Shown here: in pieces, positions 1-9,530 of the stretch
Layout: each line of letters opens with the position of its first letter
Position numbering within the stretch: the first letter of the stretch is position 1
Source: Allomuricauda sp.
GTDB taxonomy: Bacteria; Bacteroidota; Bacteroidia; Flavobacteriales; Flavobacteriaceae
Direction of reading: 5' to 3'
Length of the DNA: 64,000 bases
Assembly: GCA_040285615.1 (NCBI GenBank)
Contig: JAVJRL010000012.1
Coordinates: forward strand, 765,257 to 829,256
Position numbers and translations under genes: made by a program
The notes under the pieces: generated by a model
Told to the model about the DNA's origin: nothing
Databases searched by the model: none
The model's input: only the letters and a program-made list of their open reading frames with translations

Positions 1-1666
1 CCTGTTCCAGAATATGACCATTTTCAATAACTAAAATTTGGTCTGCTTTGCGAATGGTGCTCAATCGGTGGGCAATCACAAAGGTGGTTCTACCTTTAGT
101 GAGCTCTCCTAAACTTTTTTGAATAAGCGCTTCGGATTCCGTGTCCAAGCTGGAGGTGGCCTCGTCCAAAACCAAGATCTTAGGGTCTGCTAAAATAGCT
201 CTTGCAATTGCAATTCGCTGGCGTTGACCACCTGAAAGTTTTACGCCGCGTTCTCCAATTAGCGTGTCCAGACCTTTATCAAAACGGTCGGTGAATTCAT
301 CGACGTAAGCTGCTTTTACGGCTTCCCTTAATTTTTCTTCGCTGGCATCAGGTCTTGGGAAAAGTATGTTTTCCCGAATAGTGCCTTCAAATAAAAAATC
401 ATCTTGCAGTACAACGCCCAAGTGTTGACGGAAACTGTTCAAATTTACTTTGGAAAGGTCTTTGCCATCAATGGTGATGATTCCCGAGTCAGGATTTAAA
501 AAACTGGCGGCCAATCCCGCTATGGTGGATTTTCCCGAACCTGAACTACCTACCAAGGCAATAACCTGACCTGGTTCTACATCAAAACTAATGTTGTGCA
601 GCACTTCTTTATCTTCTTCATAAGAAAAACTAACATCGGAAAATGACATACGCCCCTCAACCTTGTCCAATTCAATGGTACGGTTTTCCTCATTCGACTC
701 CTCTTCCAAGTTCATCAATTCCTCTGTTCTGTCGAGACCGGCCAAGGCTTCGGTCAATTGACTTCCCACGCTGCTCATTTGTACAATCGGGGCTATCATA
801 AGTCCCAATAAAACCGTGAACTCCACAAATTCACCTACAGTAAGGCTATCTTGGATGATTTTATAACCGCCAAAGCCCATAACACTAGTTGTCGCGACAC
901 CTAATAAAAAGGTGGATGAGCTTGTCATAAAAGCGGTGGTCGTTAAACTCTTTTTTACATTTTGGTAAAGACGTTCCACGCCAACCTCAAAAACTTCTTC
1001 TTCCTGCTTCTCGGCATTAAAACCTTTGATAACGCGAATTCCGCCCAAAGTTTCTGTTAATCTACCTTTTACCTCTGCATTTATTTTGCCCCTATTCCTA
1101 AAAATAGGACGGATAATTTTAAAAGCCTTAAGTGCGATTATAGCAAAAATGGTCAAAGGGATAAAGGTGAAGAGCGTCATAAAAACGCTTATTTCCATCA
1201 ACAAAATCAAAGAGACCACTGCGGTAATAATTCCTCCCACCAATTGCACCAAACCAGTTCCGATAAGGTTACGGACCCCTTCAACATCCGACATAATTCG
1301 GGATACCAAAGCACCTGATTTTGCATTGTCGAAAAAACGAACGGGCAGCGCCAATACTTTTTTCTGTACCTGAGCCCGCAGTTCGGAAATAAGATATTGT
1401 GCCTGAACACTTAAAATCTTGGTCAATAAAAATGAAGTGACGGCTTGTACCAGTATCGCCAACATCACACCGGCAACCAAATATTTGAGCATGTCAACAT
1501 CTTTGTTTACGATAACATCATCAATCAGATATTTGGAGGCAATCGGAGCAACAAAACTGGCTGCTTTGCTAATAGCAATCAACAAAAGGCCTAGAAACAC
1601 TAGTTTTCGTTTGGGCCAAATAATCGTTTTAAAGGCGGTAAGGATGCTAACTTTTTTATCGGGCAT
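1..1666 (-). CDS. ABC transporter permease/ATP-binding fusion (MsbA/ABCB-type exporter); C-terminus runs off the window
   Basis: Absent from the supplied ORF track because there is no in-window stop. My translation from ATG 1666-1664 gives MPDKKVSILTAFKTIIWPKRKLVFLGLLLIAISKAASFVAPIASKYLIDD... (type-1 ABC exporter TMD). In frame are Walker A GSSGSGKSTIAGLAA (about 550-506) and the ABC signature LSGGQRQRIAIARAIL (238-191). Confidence 0.9.
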   Translation of the reverse strand, partial: MPDKKVSILTAFKTIIWPKRKLVFLGLLLIAISKAASFVAPIASKYLIDDVIVNKDVDMLKYLVAGVMLAILVQAVTSFLLTKILSVQAQYLISELRAQVQKKVLALPVRFFDNAKSGALVSRIMSDVEGVRNLIGTGLVQLVGGIITAVVSLILLMEISVFMTLFTFIPLTIFAIIALKAFKIIRPIFRNRGKINAEVKGRLTETLGGIRVIKGFNAEKQEEEVFEVGVERLYQNVKKSLTTTAFMTSSSTFLLGVATTSVMGFGGYKIIQDSLTVGEFVEFTVLLGLMIAPIVQMSSVGSQLTEALAGLDRTEELMNLEEESNEENRTIELDKVEGRMSFSDVSFSYEEDKEVLHNISFDVEPGQVIALVGSSGSGKSTIAGLAASFLNPDSGIITIDGKDLSKVNLNSFRQHLGVVLQDDFLFEGTIRENILFPRPDASEEKLREAVKAAYVDEFTDRFDKGLDTLIGERGVKLSGGQRQRIAIARAILADPKILVLDEATSSLDTESEALIQKSLGELTKGRTTFVIAHRLSTIRKADQILVIENGHILEQ

Positions 1667-1785
1667 AATAATTTTTAGAAAGAGCCTGCAAGTTACATCA
1701 ATTTAAAAGGATGTCTAATCGATGGCTTTTGATCTCAAAAAGATTACAAACACTATATTTAAGTGTTGTAATTATATAATTGGGT

Positions 1786-2823
1786 ATGTTAAAAGTACAA
1801 TGGTTCAGTTTTTTGTTTTTGATATGCTCATTGTGTGTGGCACAAGGACAATACCCTAAACTGACGGAGATTGTTACCGACAATGCCCAAATATTTAGTG
1901 AGTCACAGTTAATTTCCCTGCGTGGCAAACTATATCAATTCGAATCCGAGACCACCAATCAATTGGTGATTTTGACGATAAACGATCTAGGAGGCGAGAC
2001 CATTGAGCAATATGCTTTCGAAGTTTTCAATCAAAACAAACTGGGTCAAGAAGAGAAGGATAATGGAATTTTGATCCTGTTCTCAAAACTGGATAGGGAG
2101 GTCCGTATAGAAGTGGGTTATGGTCTGGAACCGTATATTACTGATGCCGTGGCTTCACGAATCATCCGAAACACAATGATTCCAAGATTTAAGGAGGAGG
2201 ATTATTTTGGTGGATTGAACACTGCAACGGATCAGATTATTGAATTTTTGAACAACCCCGAGGCTTTGGAAGAATTCAAAGCTGAGATAGAGTCGGAAAG
2301 TGAAATGCCTTGGTGGCTGGTCGGTGTTATAGGATTGTTCCTTATGATTTTTGTTGCCGCAGGTGGGTTTGTCTTTTACAGAGGGTATTCCACATTTATT
2401 GAAATACTTCGAGGAATGTTTATTGGTAAATTGGCAGTGTTCCGAGGTGTTTTTATGGCGGCTTTTATGATGCTCCCTTTGGTTTTTGGATTGGTTTTCA
2501 TGGGGATGCCTTTGTTTTTCATTGTGCTACTGCTCGGTTTCGATGATGAATTGACGCTATTGGCCAATGATTTTACTTGGCTCTTGTTTTTTGTTTTGGC
2601 TTTCATTGTGCTCACCATAGTAATGGTTATAAGAAAAATGAAGGCTAAAGGTGATGAAGATCTTAAACTTTCATTTTTTAAATCCGATAAGGATTATATG
2701 AGCAAAACTTTTTCTTCCACTGGAACACATTCCTTTGGTTCAGGTTCCAGCGGTGGGTCTTCCAGTAGTTTTTCCGGGGGTGGTGGCAGTTCCGGTGGAG
2801 GAGGGGCCAGCGGAAGTTGGTAA
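1786..2823 (+). CDS. TPM-domain (TLP18.3/YgcG-like) membrane protein with Gly/Ser-rich tail
   Basis: ORF 1780..2823 starts at TTG. The ATG at 1786 gives the signal MLKVQWFSFLFLICSLCVAQ. A TPM-type domain is present (VTDNAQIFS..NQLVILTINDLGGETIEQYA..DNGILILFSKLDREVRIEVGYGLE). It is followed by several hydrophobic helices and a GSGSSGGSSSSFSGGGGSSGGGGASGSW tail. Confidence 0.8.
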   Translation: MLKVQWFSFLFLICSLCVAQGQYPKLTEIVTDNAQIFSESQLISLRGKLYQFESETTNQLVILTINDLGGETIEQYAFEVFNQNKLGQEEKDNGILILFSKLDREVRIEVGYGLEPYITDAVASRIIRNTMIPRFKEEDYFGGLNTATDQIIEFLNNPEALEEFKAEIESESEMPWWLVGVIGLFLMIFVAAGGFVFYRGYSTFIEILRGMFIGKLAVFRGVFMAAFMMLPLVFGLVFMGMPLFFIVLLLGFDDELTLLANDFTWLLFFVLAFIVLTIVMVIRKMKAKGDEDLKLSFFKSDKDYMSKTFSSTGTHSFGSGSSGGSSSSFSGGGGSSGGGGASGSW

Positions 2824-2874
2824 TTGTTTCCGATTTCCCGTATTTTCACCAAAATAACTAAACCGATTCCTGAA

Positions 2875-5043
2875 ATGAGAATTACGATCCTTGCAGCGCT
2901 CTTTTTGTTTATTTCCTGTTCCGAACAATCTCAAACTGAGGTTGAACAATGGGAGGCTCAAGCTAAAAACATTACAATTATCCGAGACGATTTTGGAGTT
3001 CCGCACATTTATGGAAAAACCGATGCCGATGCGGTATTTGGATTACTTTATGCCCAGTGTGAGGACGATTTTAATCGCGTGGAACAAAATTATATTTGGG
3101 CCACGGGGCGTTTGGCCGAAGTGGAAGGAGAGGATGCGTTGTACAGTGATCTTCGTGCGAAGCTGTTTATGACAGAAGAGAAAGCCAAGGCTAACTATGA
3201 AAAGAGTCCTGAGTGGTTAAAGGAACTTTGTGATGCCTTCGCAGATGGAATCAATTACTACCTGCATACTCACCCCGAGGTTAAACCCAAACTGTTGACC
3301 CGCTTTGAGCCTTGGATGCCCATGTATTTCAGTGAGGGATCTATAGGAGGCGATATTGAGCGAATATCTACTCGAAAAATCAAAAGTTTTTACGAAAGTG
3401 GGATGGAATTACCAGAAATGGAAACCCTTGAAATCAAAAAAGAGGAAGAAATGGCAGAACCTCAAGGTTCCAATGGAATTGCCATCTCCGGGGACTTGAC
3501 TGAATCTGGAAATGCGATGCTTTTGATCAACCCCCATACTTCATTCTATTTTAGAGGGGAGGTTCATGTGGTAAGCGAAGAAGGTTTAAACGCATACGGG
3601 GCTGTTACCTGGGGCCAGTTTTTTGTGTATCAGGGATTCAATGAAAAAACAGGTTGGATGCATACATCGACCTATACCGATGTGATGGATGAGTTCAAGG
3701 AAACCATTGTAAAAAATGATGGCAAACTTTTTTATCAGTATGGGGAGGAATTGCGACCTGTGGATTCCAGTTCCGTTACTTTAAAATATAAGGATGGGGA
3801 AAGTTTAAAAGAGAAAACCTTCCCAATGTACCGAACGCACCATGGGCCGATAACCCACCAAGTGGGCGACCAATGGACAGCTTCTGCCATGATGTGGGAA
3901 CCTGTAAAGGCGTTAGAGCAATCCTACATACGAACCAAGCAGGATGGGTATGAAGGCTTCAGGAAAATGATGGATATCCGAACCAATTCATCTAACAATA
4001 CGGTTTATGCTGATGCAGGAGGGAACATCGCCTATTTCCATGGCAATTTTGTCCCAAAACGCGATACCGTTTTTGATTATACCGAGCCTGTGGATGGCAG
4101 CAATCCCAAAACCGATTGGCAAGGACTGCATACCGTGGATGAAAACATTTTGGTCCTGAATCCGGAAAACGGTTGGATTCAAAACTGTAATTCCACTCCA
4201 TATACTTCAGCACTGGAGTTTAGTCCAAAGCGAGAAGATTATCCCAATTATATGTCCAGGGACCAAGAAAACTTTAGGGGAGTCCACGCCATTGAGTTAT
4301 TGACTGATCGAAGTGGATATACTTTGGATGGACTTATCGAACTTGCCCATGACCCTTATTTACCAGCCTTTGAGGCATTGATTCCAGGATTGGTAAAAGC
4401 GTATGATGCTAATCCAACCCCAGAATTAGAGGAGGCCATTGAAGTTTTGCGTATTTGGGACTTTACTACATCCAAGGAATCCGTCGCTATGACTTTGTCA
4501 CATTATTATGGAACCCTTTGCTATTCAAAGGCGGAAAGACCCGAAGGGATGTACTCGATGCAATGGGTGGAATATTGGGGAGATGATTGGGACAATCAGA
4601 AAAAATTAAAATTTCTAAAGGAAACATTGGACAAGTTGGAAGCTGATTTTGGAACTTGGAAAATGCCTTGGGGCGAAGTAAACCGTTACCAACGATTAAA
4701 TGGGGATATTCGTCAAGCTTTTGATGATGCCAAACCCAGTATTCCAATCGGTTTTGCCAGTGGACGATGGGGTGCATTGGCTGCTTATGGCGCTCGTTAC
4801 GATAATAACACCAAAAAGATTTACGGTACACGAGGCAACAGTTTTGTAGCTGCTGTGGAATTTGGTGATAAAGTGAAGGCGAAGACCATGTTAGCTGGAG
4901 GTCAAAGCGGTGATCCGGATTCGCCACATTTTAATGATCAAGCGCAACGCTACGCCGATAAGGAATTTAAAGATGCTGCTTTTTACAAGGAGGATGTTTT
5001 AAAACGTGCCGAAGTAAGGTATTCACCGGGCGAAAAATATTGA
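2875..5043 (+). CDS. Penicillin acylase family (Ntn hydrolase, S45) lipoprotein; possible acyl-homoserine-lactone/beta-lactam acylase
   Basis: ORF 2824..5043 starts at TTG. The ATG at 2875 gives the lipobox MRITILAALFLFISC. Also present are the conserved YGKTDADAVFGLLYAQCEDDFNRVE region, the candidate self-processing nucleophile in PQGSNGIAISG, and a size of about 720 aa, which is typical of the family. Confidence 0.85.
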   Translation: MRITILAALFLFISCSEQSQTEVEQWEAQAKNITIIRDDFGVPHIYGKTDADAVFGLLYAQCEDDFNRVEQNYIWATGRLAEVEGEDALYSDLRAKLFMTEEKAKANYEKSPEWLKELCDAFADGINYYLHTHPEVKPKLLTRFEPWMPMYFSEGSIGGDIERISTRKIKSFYESGMELPEMETLEIKKEEEMAEPQGSNGIAISGDLTESGNAMLLINPHTSFYFRGEVHVVSEEGLNAYGAVTWGQFFVYQGFNEKTGWMHTSTYTDVMDEFKETIVKNDGKLFYQYGEELRPVDSSSVTLKYKDGESLKEKTFPMYRTHHGPITHQVGDQWTASAMMWEPVKALEQSYIRTKQDGYEGFRKMMDIRTNSSNNTVYADAGGNIAYFHGNFVPKRDTVFDYTEPVDGSNPKTDWQGLHTVDENILVLNPENGWIQNCNSTPYTSALEFSPKREDYPNYMSRDQENFRGVHAIELLTDRSGYTLDGLIELAHDPYLPAFEALIPGLVKAYDANPTPELEEAIEVLRIWDFTTSKESVAMTLSHYYGTLCYSKAERPEGMYSMQWVEYWGDDWDNQKKLKFLKETLDKLEADFGTWKMPWGEVNRYQRLNGDIRQAFDDAKPSIPIGFASGRWGALAAYGARYDNNTKKIYGTRGNSFVAAVEFGDKVKAKTMLAGGQSGDPDSPHFNDQAQRYADKEFKDAAFYKEDVLKRAEVRYSPGEKY

Positions 5044-5052
5044 GGAAACTGT

Positions 5053-5718
5053 TTAGTTGTTTTTTTCTATGCCGCTATCCTCTTCTTTAACAATAATCAG
5101 ACTTGCTTTAGAGCCTGTGGAAAGGTTCCAACGGTTGTTGTGAATGACTACGCCTTTATCATCGGTTACAATGACCTGCGCTGTATTTGGCCCAGAAGAG
5201 CCTTGGTTAAGAGCCTCGAACTCTATGCGGTTGAAACCTTTTACCAAATCTAGGTTGATGCCTTTAAAAGAACCACCAAGCAAGAGATTATATTCCGCAA
5301 CCTCACCATTTACATAGATTTTGATTCGGTCACCATCCACATATTCGTGGTCCCTGGCTACAATGCCGACAAATTTGGCGGTGGTTTTAAAATCGCCTAA
5401 ATATTGGTCTCCAAAATGCTCGTTGGCACCTTTTTCTCTTTTTTCAATTACTTTAGGGTCGATGACCATATCATGGCCAGCTTGAAGCAATTCTCGGTCC
5501 GGCAACATTTTAACTCCGGGTTTTTCATTTTTGGAAGTAAGATTTTCATCTAATACCGAAGGCATGCGAAGTAATGTACCTTGATTACTTGCTTTTACAT
5601 CAAGTTTATTATTGTTGCCAATTTTCAACGGTCGTGTAGTGGGTAAGTCCGACGATTGTGCGAATGTCGAAACCAACCCAAAAGTAATTCCCATTAAGGT
5701 GAAAATCAGTCTTTTCAT
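5053..5718 (-). CDS. Hypothetical secreted protein
   Basis: ORF 5053..5733. The internal ATG at 5718 gives the signal peptide MKRLIFTLMGITFGLVSTFAQ. I recognise no family motif. Confidence 0.5.
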   Translation of the reverse strand: MKRLIFTLMGITFGLVSTFAQSSDLPTTRPLKIGNNNKLDVKASNQGTLLRMPSVLDENLTSKNEKPGVKMLPDRELLQAGHDMVIDPKVIEKREKGANEHFGDQYLGDFKTTAKFVGIVARDHEYVDGDRIKIYVNGEVAEYNLLLGGSFKGINLDLVKGFNRIEFEALNQGSSGPNTAQVIVTDDKGVVIHNNRWNLSTGSKASLIIVKEEDSGIEKNN

Positions 5719-5794
5719 AACAAGAGTAAGCAAGTGTATTCATATAAAATTAGCAAATACCTTGCCACCAACATGATAAATTGTAGTTAAATCG

Positions 5795-6937
5795 TTAATC
5801 TGCAGGCTTTTTTTTGTCTTTCCCTTTCAAACCAAATAGTGGATGCAATATTGGAATACGCAAAATAATCAAGTCGTAAATCAACCAACTTATTCCAAAT
5901 GTTCCCACAATTAGTACCATCGCTTTTGGAAAAAGCCCCCAATCAAGGTTCATCAAATAGTAGGCAATGCCAACGGTAATGGTCTGGTGCAAGATGTAGA
6001 ATGGATAAACGGCCCTGTTCGCGTAGGCAAGTCCAGAACTAGGTTTGTTGAGGTATTTAGCGGCGAAGGCAAAGAGGACTAATATCCACGACCAAATGTT
6101 TACCACTTTTAGAAGTGCTTCTGTGAAATGAATAACATAACCGTCTTCAAAAAATAGCCATATAATTGCCTGACCCGAAAACCCAATAATTCCTAAAATC
6201 AAAGCTTTAAACTTTATTTTAGCAATTGTTTGCCAAAACACATCTCCCGTAGCTATCAATACAAAACCATAAAAGAAGAGGATAATGCTAAATATAAAAT
6301 TGAACCAATCATCTACCAAAGCGTGGGTGATAGGGAAGAAGGGTTGGATCAATGATTCTGCAAAGTAGAGAGGAATCACAAATATATATATGCCCCAAGT
6401 TTTTTGAATCGTCCTTTTTACCCAATCAATAAATCGGGTTTGGTGTTTTCTTAGGTAGACGAAAAGTGGTGCTAGTATCCACGAGAAAACCAAAAGATAA
6501 GGCAAAAACCAGAGGTGGTGCCAACTTGTGTTTCCTTCGGGGTAGATGCCATCAAAAGCAACCGTGGTAAAATATTCCCAGTAAGAACCTGAGAAAGCAC
6601 CCTCGACCACCCGTTCAAAATATATTTGTGGAGGTACTATCAAAATCATACCTGCAACCAAAGGGATACCCAATCGGAGAAAACGCTCCCATACAAATTT
6701 GCCCATGCTTCTTTTGCCCAAAGCATAATAGGTTCCCATGCCCGATATTACAAAAAGAATAGGCAGTCGCCATTGGTTCAAGAACAACATGGGCCAGCGG
6801 AGCCAATCGTAAATCACATTGTTTTTGATATGCCAACCCCATGGAACAAAGAACATCCCAACATGGTAAAAAATAAGTAGCCCGAATACAATGACCCTTA
6901 GCCAATCCAAATCGTAACGTCTGATAGTAGTTTTCAT
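5795..6937 (-). CDS. Acyltransferase family 3 (OpgC/OafA-like) integral membrane protein
   Basis: N-terminus RYDLDWLRVIVFGLLIFYHVGMFF is the classic acyltransferase-3 start. About 10 hydrophobic helices follow, for a total of 380 aa. Confidence 0.8.
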   Translation of the reverse strand: MKTTIRRYDLDWLRVIVFGLLIFYHVGMFFVPWGWHIKNNVIYDWLRWPMLFLNQWRLPILFVISGMGTYYALGKRSMGKFVWERFLRLGIPLVAGMILIVPPQIYFERVVEGAFSGSYWEYFTTVAFDGIYPEGNTSWHHLWFLPYLLVFSWILAPLFVYLRKHQTRFIDWVKRTIQKTWGIYIFVIPLYFAESLIQPFFPITHALVDDWFNFIFSIILFFYGFVLIATGDVFWQTIAKIKFKALILGIIGFSGQAIIWLFFEDGYVIHFTEALLKVVNIWSWILVLFAFAAKYLNKPSSGLAYANRAVYPFYILHQTITVGIAYYLMNLDWGLFPKAMVLIVGTFGISWLIYDLIILRIPILHPLFGLKGKDKKKPAD

Positions 6938-7026
6938 CCTAAAATTTTTTCCAAAGATGAAAAGTGTCGTTTAGATACAAGTTTTTTTTGAACAGGGAAA
7001 CGTCCTGAATTGCAATAATGGAGAAA

Positions 7027-8190
7027 TTACACTCTTTTTTGCTTCATAAATGCAGATGGCGATTGGCCGGAATGTTTTTTAAATGCATTGTAAAAGGCTG
7101 ATTTGGATTTGAAACCAACGGATTGGCCAATGGCCTCCACGGTAAGATGCTTGAATTCGGGGTCCAACAGTCTTTGTTGGGACAGTGCAATCCTTTTTTG
7201 GTTGATGTAGTCATTGAAGTTTACTCCTGTTTCGGAATTAATCAGTTTGGAAATGGTATTGCCATTGGTTTCCAATTTTTCCGCTACCTTTTTTAGTGTT
7301 ACATCTTGATGGGAATAATATTGTGATTCCATCATAAAGTTTTCTATGTTTTCGAATTCAATGGAATTGCTGGCCAAGGTCTCATATTTTTCTGCAATCC
7401 ACGATTTTTCAAAAAAGCGAGATTCTGAAAGAATGAAAAAGGAGGTAAGGAAAATTGTTACTGTCTGTATTATTCCAATGATATGATCTCCACCATCATC
7501 ATCATAATTCAAGTAAATAATGAATAAGGATAGCATCAGGACAAAAAAGAAAATAACTGTATTTCTCGAAAAAATATACTTGTCCACTTTAATATTCTTT
7601 GGGGAGACCCAACCCTTTTTTCTTGTTTTTATCACCAATAGGAGTGAAAGCACTAAGTAAAATGCGAAACTGAACAAGACCAACCATCTAAACTGATCTT
7701 TGATGAAATGATAGGAATAATCCATATCTCCAGGAACCTCCACAAAACCCAAGTCTCGGTGGTAAGCACCCAAATAGGCATTAAGTTTTACCTGAATGGG
7801 GCTTAAATAGTAGTTGATTTGAGAAATAGCGTACAGTATAGGCAATACAAAATGTGGCCAATGTTTTTTTAGGGTGATGGGTTTCCGTTCCAATAAAGTG
7901 AATAGAAAAAAATACAATGTCGGAGTAATCAGGAGTACCAAAAATTCCGTGGAATCATTTAAATGGATCACATGTTTGATGAGACCCGTATAGCACAGAT
8001 ATACATCCAAAAAAACCAGACATTGCACCAAAAGCGACCAGCCAAACAAATTGATGGCCGATTTCCATTTGGTCCTCAAAAAAATAACTAAAGCCAAGAA
8101 AAATCCTTGAACAATGCCCAATAGCATAATATGCGAAGCAAGGTCGTAGTGAATGGGAATTTGATCAAATATAATCTTTACATCATCCAT
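7027..8190 (-). CDS. AraC-family transcriptional regulator with polytopic N-terminal membrane domain
   Basis: The C-terminal double HTH is LKKVAEKLETNGNTISKLINSETGVNFNDYINQKRIALSQQRLL...VEAIGQSVGFKSKSAFYNAFKKHSGQSPSAF. The N-terminal 250 aa or so are strongly hydrophobic, with about 7 helices. Confidence 0.8.
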   Translation of the reverse strand: MDDVKIIFDQIPIHYDLASHIMLLGIVQGFFLALVIFLRTKWKSAINLFGWSLLVQCLVFLDVYLCYTGLIKHVIHLNDSTEFLVLLITPTLYFFLFTLLERKPITLKKHWPHFVLPILYAISQINYYLSPIQVKLNAYLGAYHRDLGFVEVPGDMDYSYHFIKDQFRWLVLFSFAFYLVLSLLLVIKTRKKGWVSPKNIKVDKYIFSRNTVIFFFVLMLSLFIIYLNYDDDGGDHIIGIIQTVTIFLTSFFILSESRFFEKSWIAEKYETLASNSIEFENIENFMMESQYYSHQDVTLKKVAEKLETNGNTISKLINSETGVNFNDYINQKRIALSQQRLLDPEFKHLTVEAIGQSVGFKSKSAFYNAFKKHSGQSPSAFMKQKRV

Positions 8191-8270
8191 TTTATGGGTG
8201 TAAGTTGTATCTTGAAGACAAAGTAAAATCGAAAAGTACCATTCTTTTTTTTAATCAAACCTTCGCCAAC

Positions 8271-9530
8271 ATGAAAAAGCGACAATTCTTACGTCATCTA
8301 GGCAATGCTGCTATCGCTGCCCCACTTTTTCCAATTACGCTCGATATCGGATCTATTGATGAAACCCCTTATCCAGATAAAAATAGCGAGGAGTTTTGGG
8401 AACGAATTAGGAAAGATTACAAACTGAAGCCAGAATACATTAACCTAGAAAGTGGCTATTATAATATTGTTCCAACCCCAATACTGAATAAATACATGGA
8501 GCATGTACAACATGTGAATTATGAAGGCTCTTATTACATGCGTACCGTGCAATGGGAGAACAAGAAAAAGGCTGCCGCTCGAGTAGCGGAGCTTGTTAAT
8601 TGTTCGGAAAAGGAATTGATTATTACAAGAAACACAACGGAGTCCTTGGATATGATTATTGGTGGGTATCCTTGGGAAAACGGTGATGAGGTGATATTTG
8701 CGGTTCAGGATTATGGGGCAATGCAAGTTCATTTTGAACAGATGGTAGAGCGCTACGGAATTGTTTGTAAAAAGGTGTCCTTGCCCAACCACCCTGAGTC
8801 TGACGAAGAAATTGTATCCCTCTATGAATCGCAAATAACACCAAAGACCAAGTTATTGATGATTTGCCATATGGTTAACGTTACGGGACAAATTTTACCA
8901 GTTCGAAAAATATGTGACATGGCACATTCTCATAATGTTGAGGTGATGGTTGATGGTGCCCATTGTGTTGGTCATATAAAGGTTGATTTGGTCGAATTGG
9001 ATTGCGATTACTACGGTTGCAGTTTGCACAAATGGTTATGTGCCCCTTTAGGGGCGGGCATGCTGTATGTGGCAAAAAAGAACATTCCGACAATTTGGCC
9101 TTTACTGGCAGAACACGAAAATGATAAGACCAAAATACGCAGACTCAACCATACGGGAACCCATCCTGTGCATACGGACTTGACCATAAACGACGCTGTG
9201 GATTATTTGGAAATGATAGGAATGGAGCGCAAAGAAAACCGTATGCGGTATTTACAGCGATATTGGAGCGATCAATTGCGAGACGTGGACAATGTGGTGA
9301 TAAACACTCCTATTGAACCGCATCGGAGTTGCGGAATCGCAAACGTGGGTCTCAAGAACCTGAAACCAAGCGATATGGCCAAAACCCTATTGGATGAATT
9401 CAATGTGTGGACTGTGGCTATAGATTTTGAAAATGTGCACGGATGTAGGATTACTCCAAATGTTTTTACAACTACCGAAGAGTTGGATCAATTTGTAGAT
9501 GCCATTAAAATAATGGCAAAACGAGCTTAG
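8271..9530 (+). CDS. Aminotransferase class V-fold PLP-dependent enzyme (cysteine desulfurase/isopenicillin-N-epimerase-like) with Tat-like signal
   Basis: ORF 8205..9530 starts at TTG. The ATG at 8271 gives MKKRQFLRHLGNAAIAAPLFP, which has the Tat-type KRQFL pattern. The PLP lysine context is YYGCSLHKWLCAPLGAG, and DGAHCVGH is also present. Confidence 0.8.
   Translation: MKKRQFLRHLGNAAIAAPLFPITLDIGSIDETPYPDKNSEEFWERIRKDYKLKPEYINLESGYYNIVPTPILNKYMEHVQHVNYEGSYYMRTVQWENKKKAAARVAELVNCSEKELIITRNTTESLDMIIGGYPWENGDEVIFAVQDYGAMQVHFEQMVERYGIVCKKVSLPNHPESDEEIVSLYESQITPKTKLLMICHMVNVTGQILPVRKICDMAHSHNVEVMVDGAHCVGHIKVDLVELDCDYYGCSLHKWLCAPLGAGMLYVAKKNIPTIWPLLAEHENDKTKIRRLNHTGTHPVHTDLTINDAVDYLEMIGMERKENRMRYLQRYWSDQLRDVDNVVINTPIEPHRSCGIANVGLKNLKPSDMAKTLLDEFNVWTVAIDFENVHGCRITPNVFTTTEELDQFVDAIKIMAKRA

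Noticed and set aside
1026-1706. Plus-strand track ORFs 1026..1373 and 1419..1706.
   Set aside because: They lie antisense to the ABC exporter, whose frame is open from 1666 to the window edge and carries Walker A and LSGGQ motifs.
2740-2823. A Gly/Ser-rich, repeat-like stretch at the end of the TPM gene.
   Set aside because: This is a low-complexity coding tail (GSGSSGGSSSS…), which is common in YgcG/TPM proteins. It is not a DNA repeat element.
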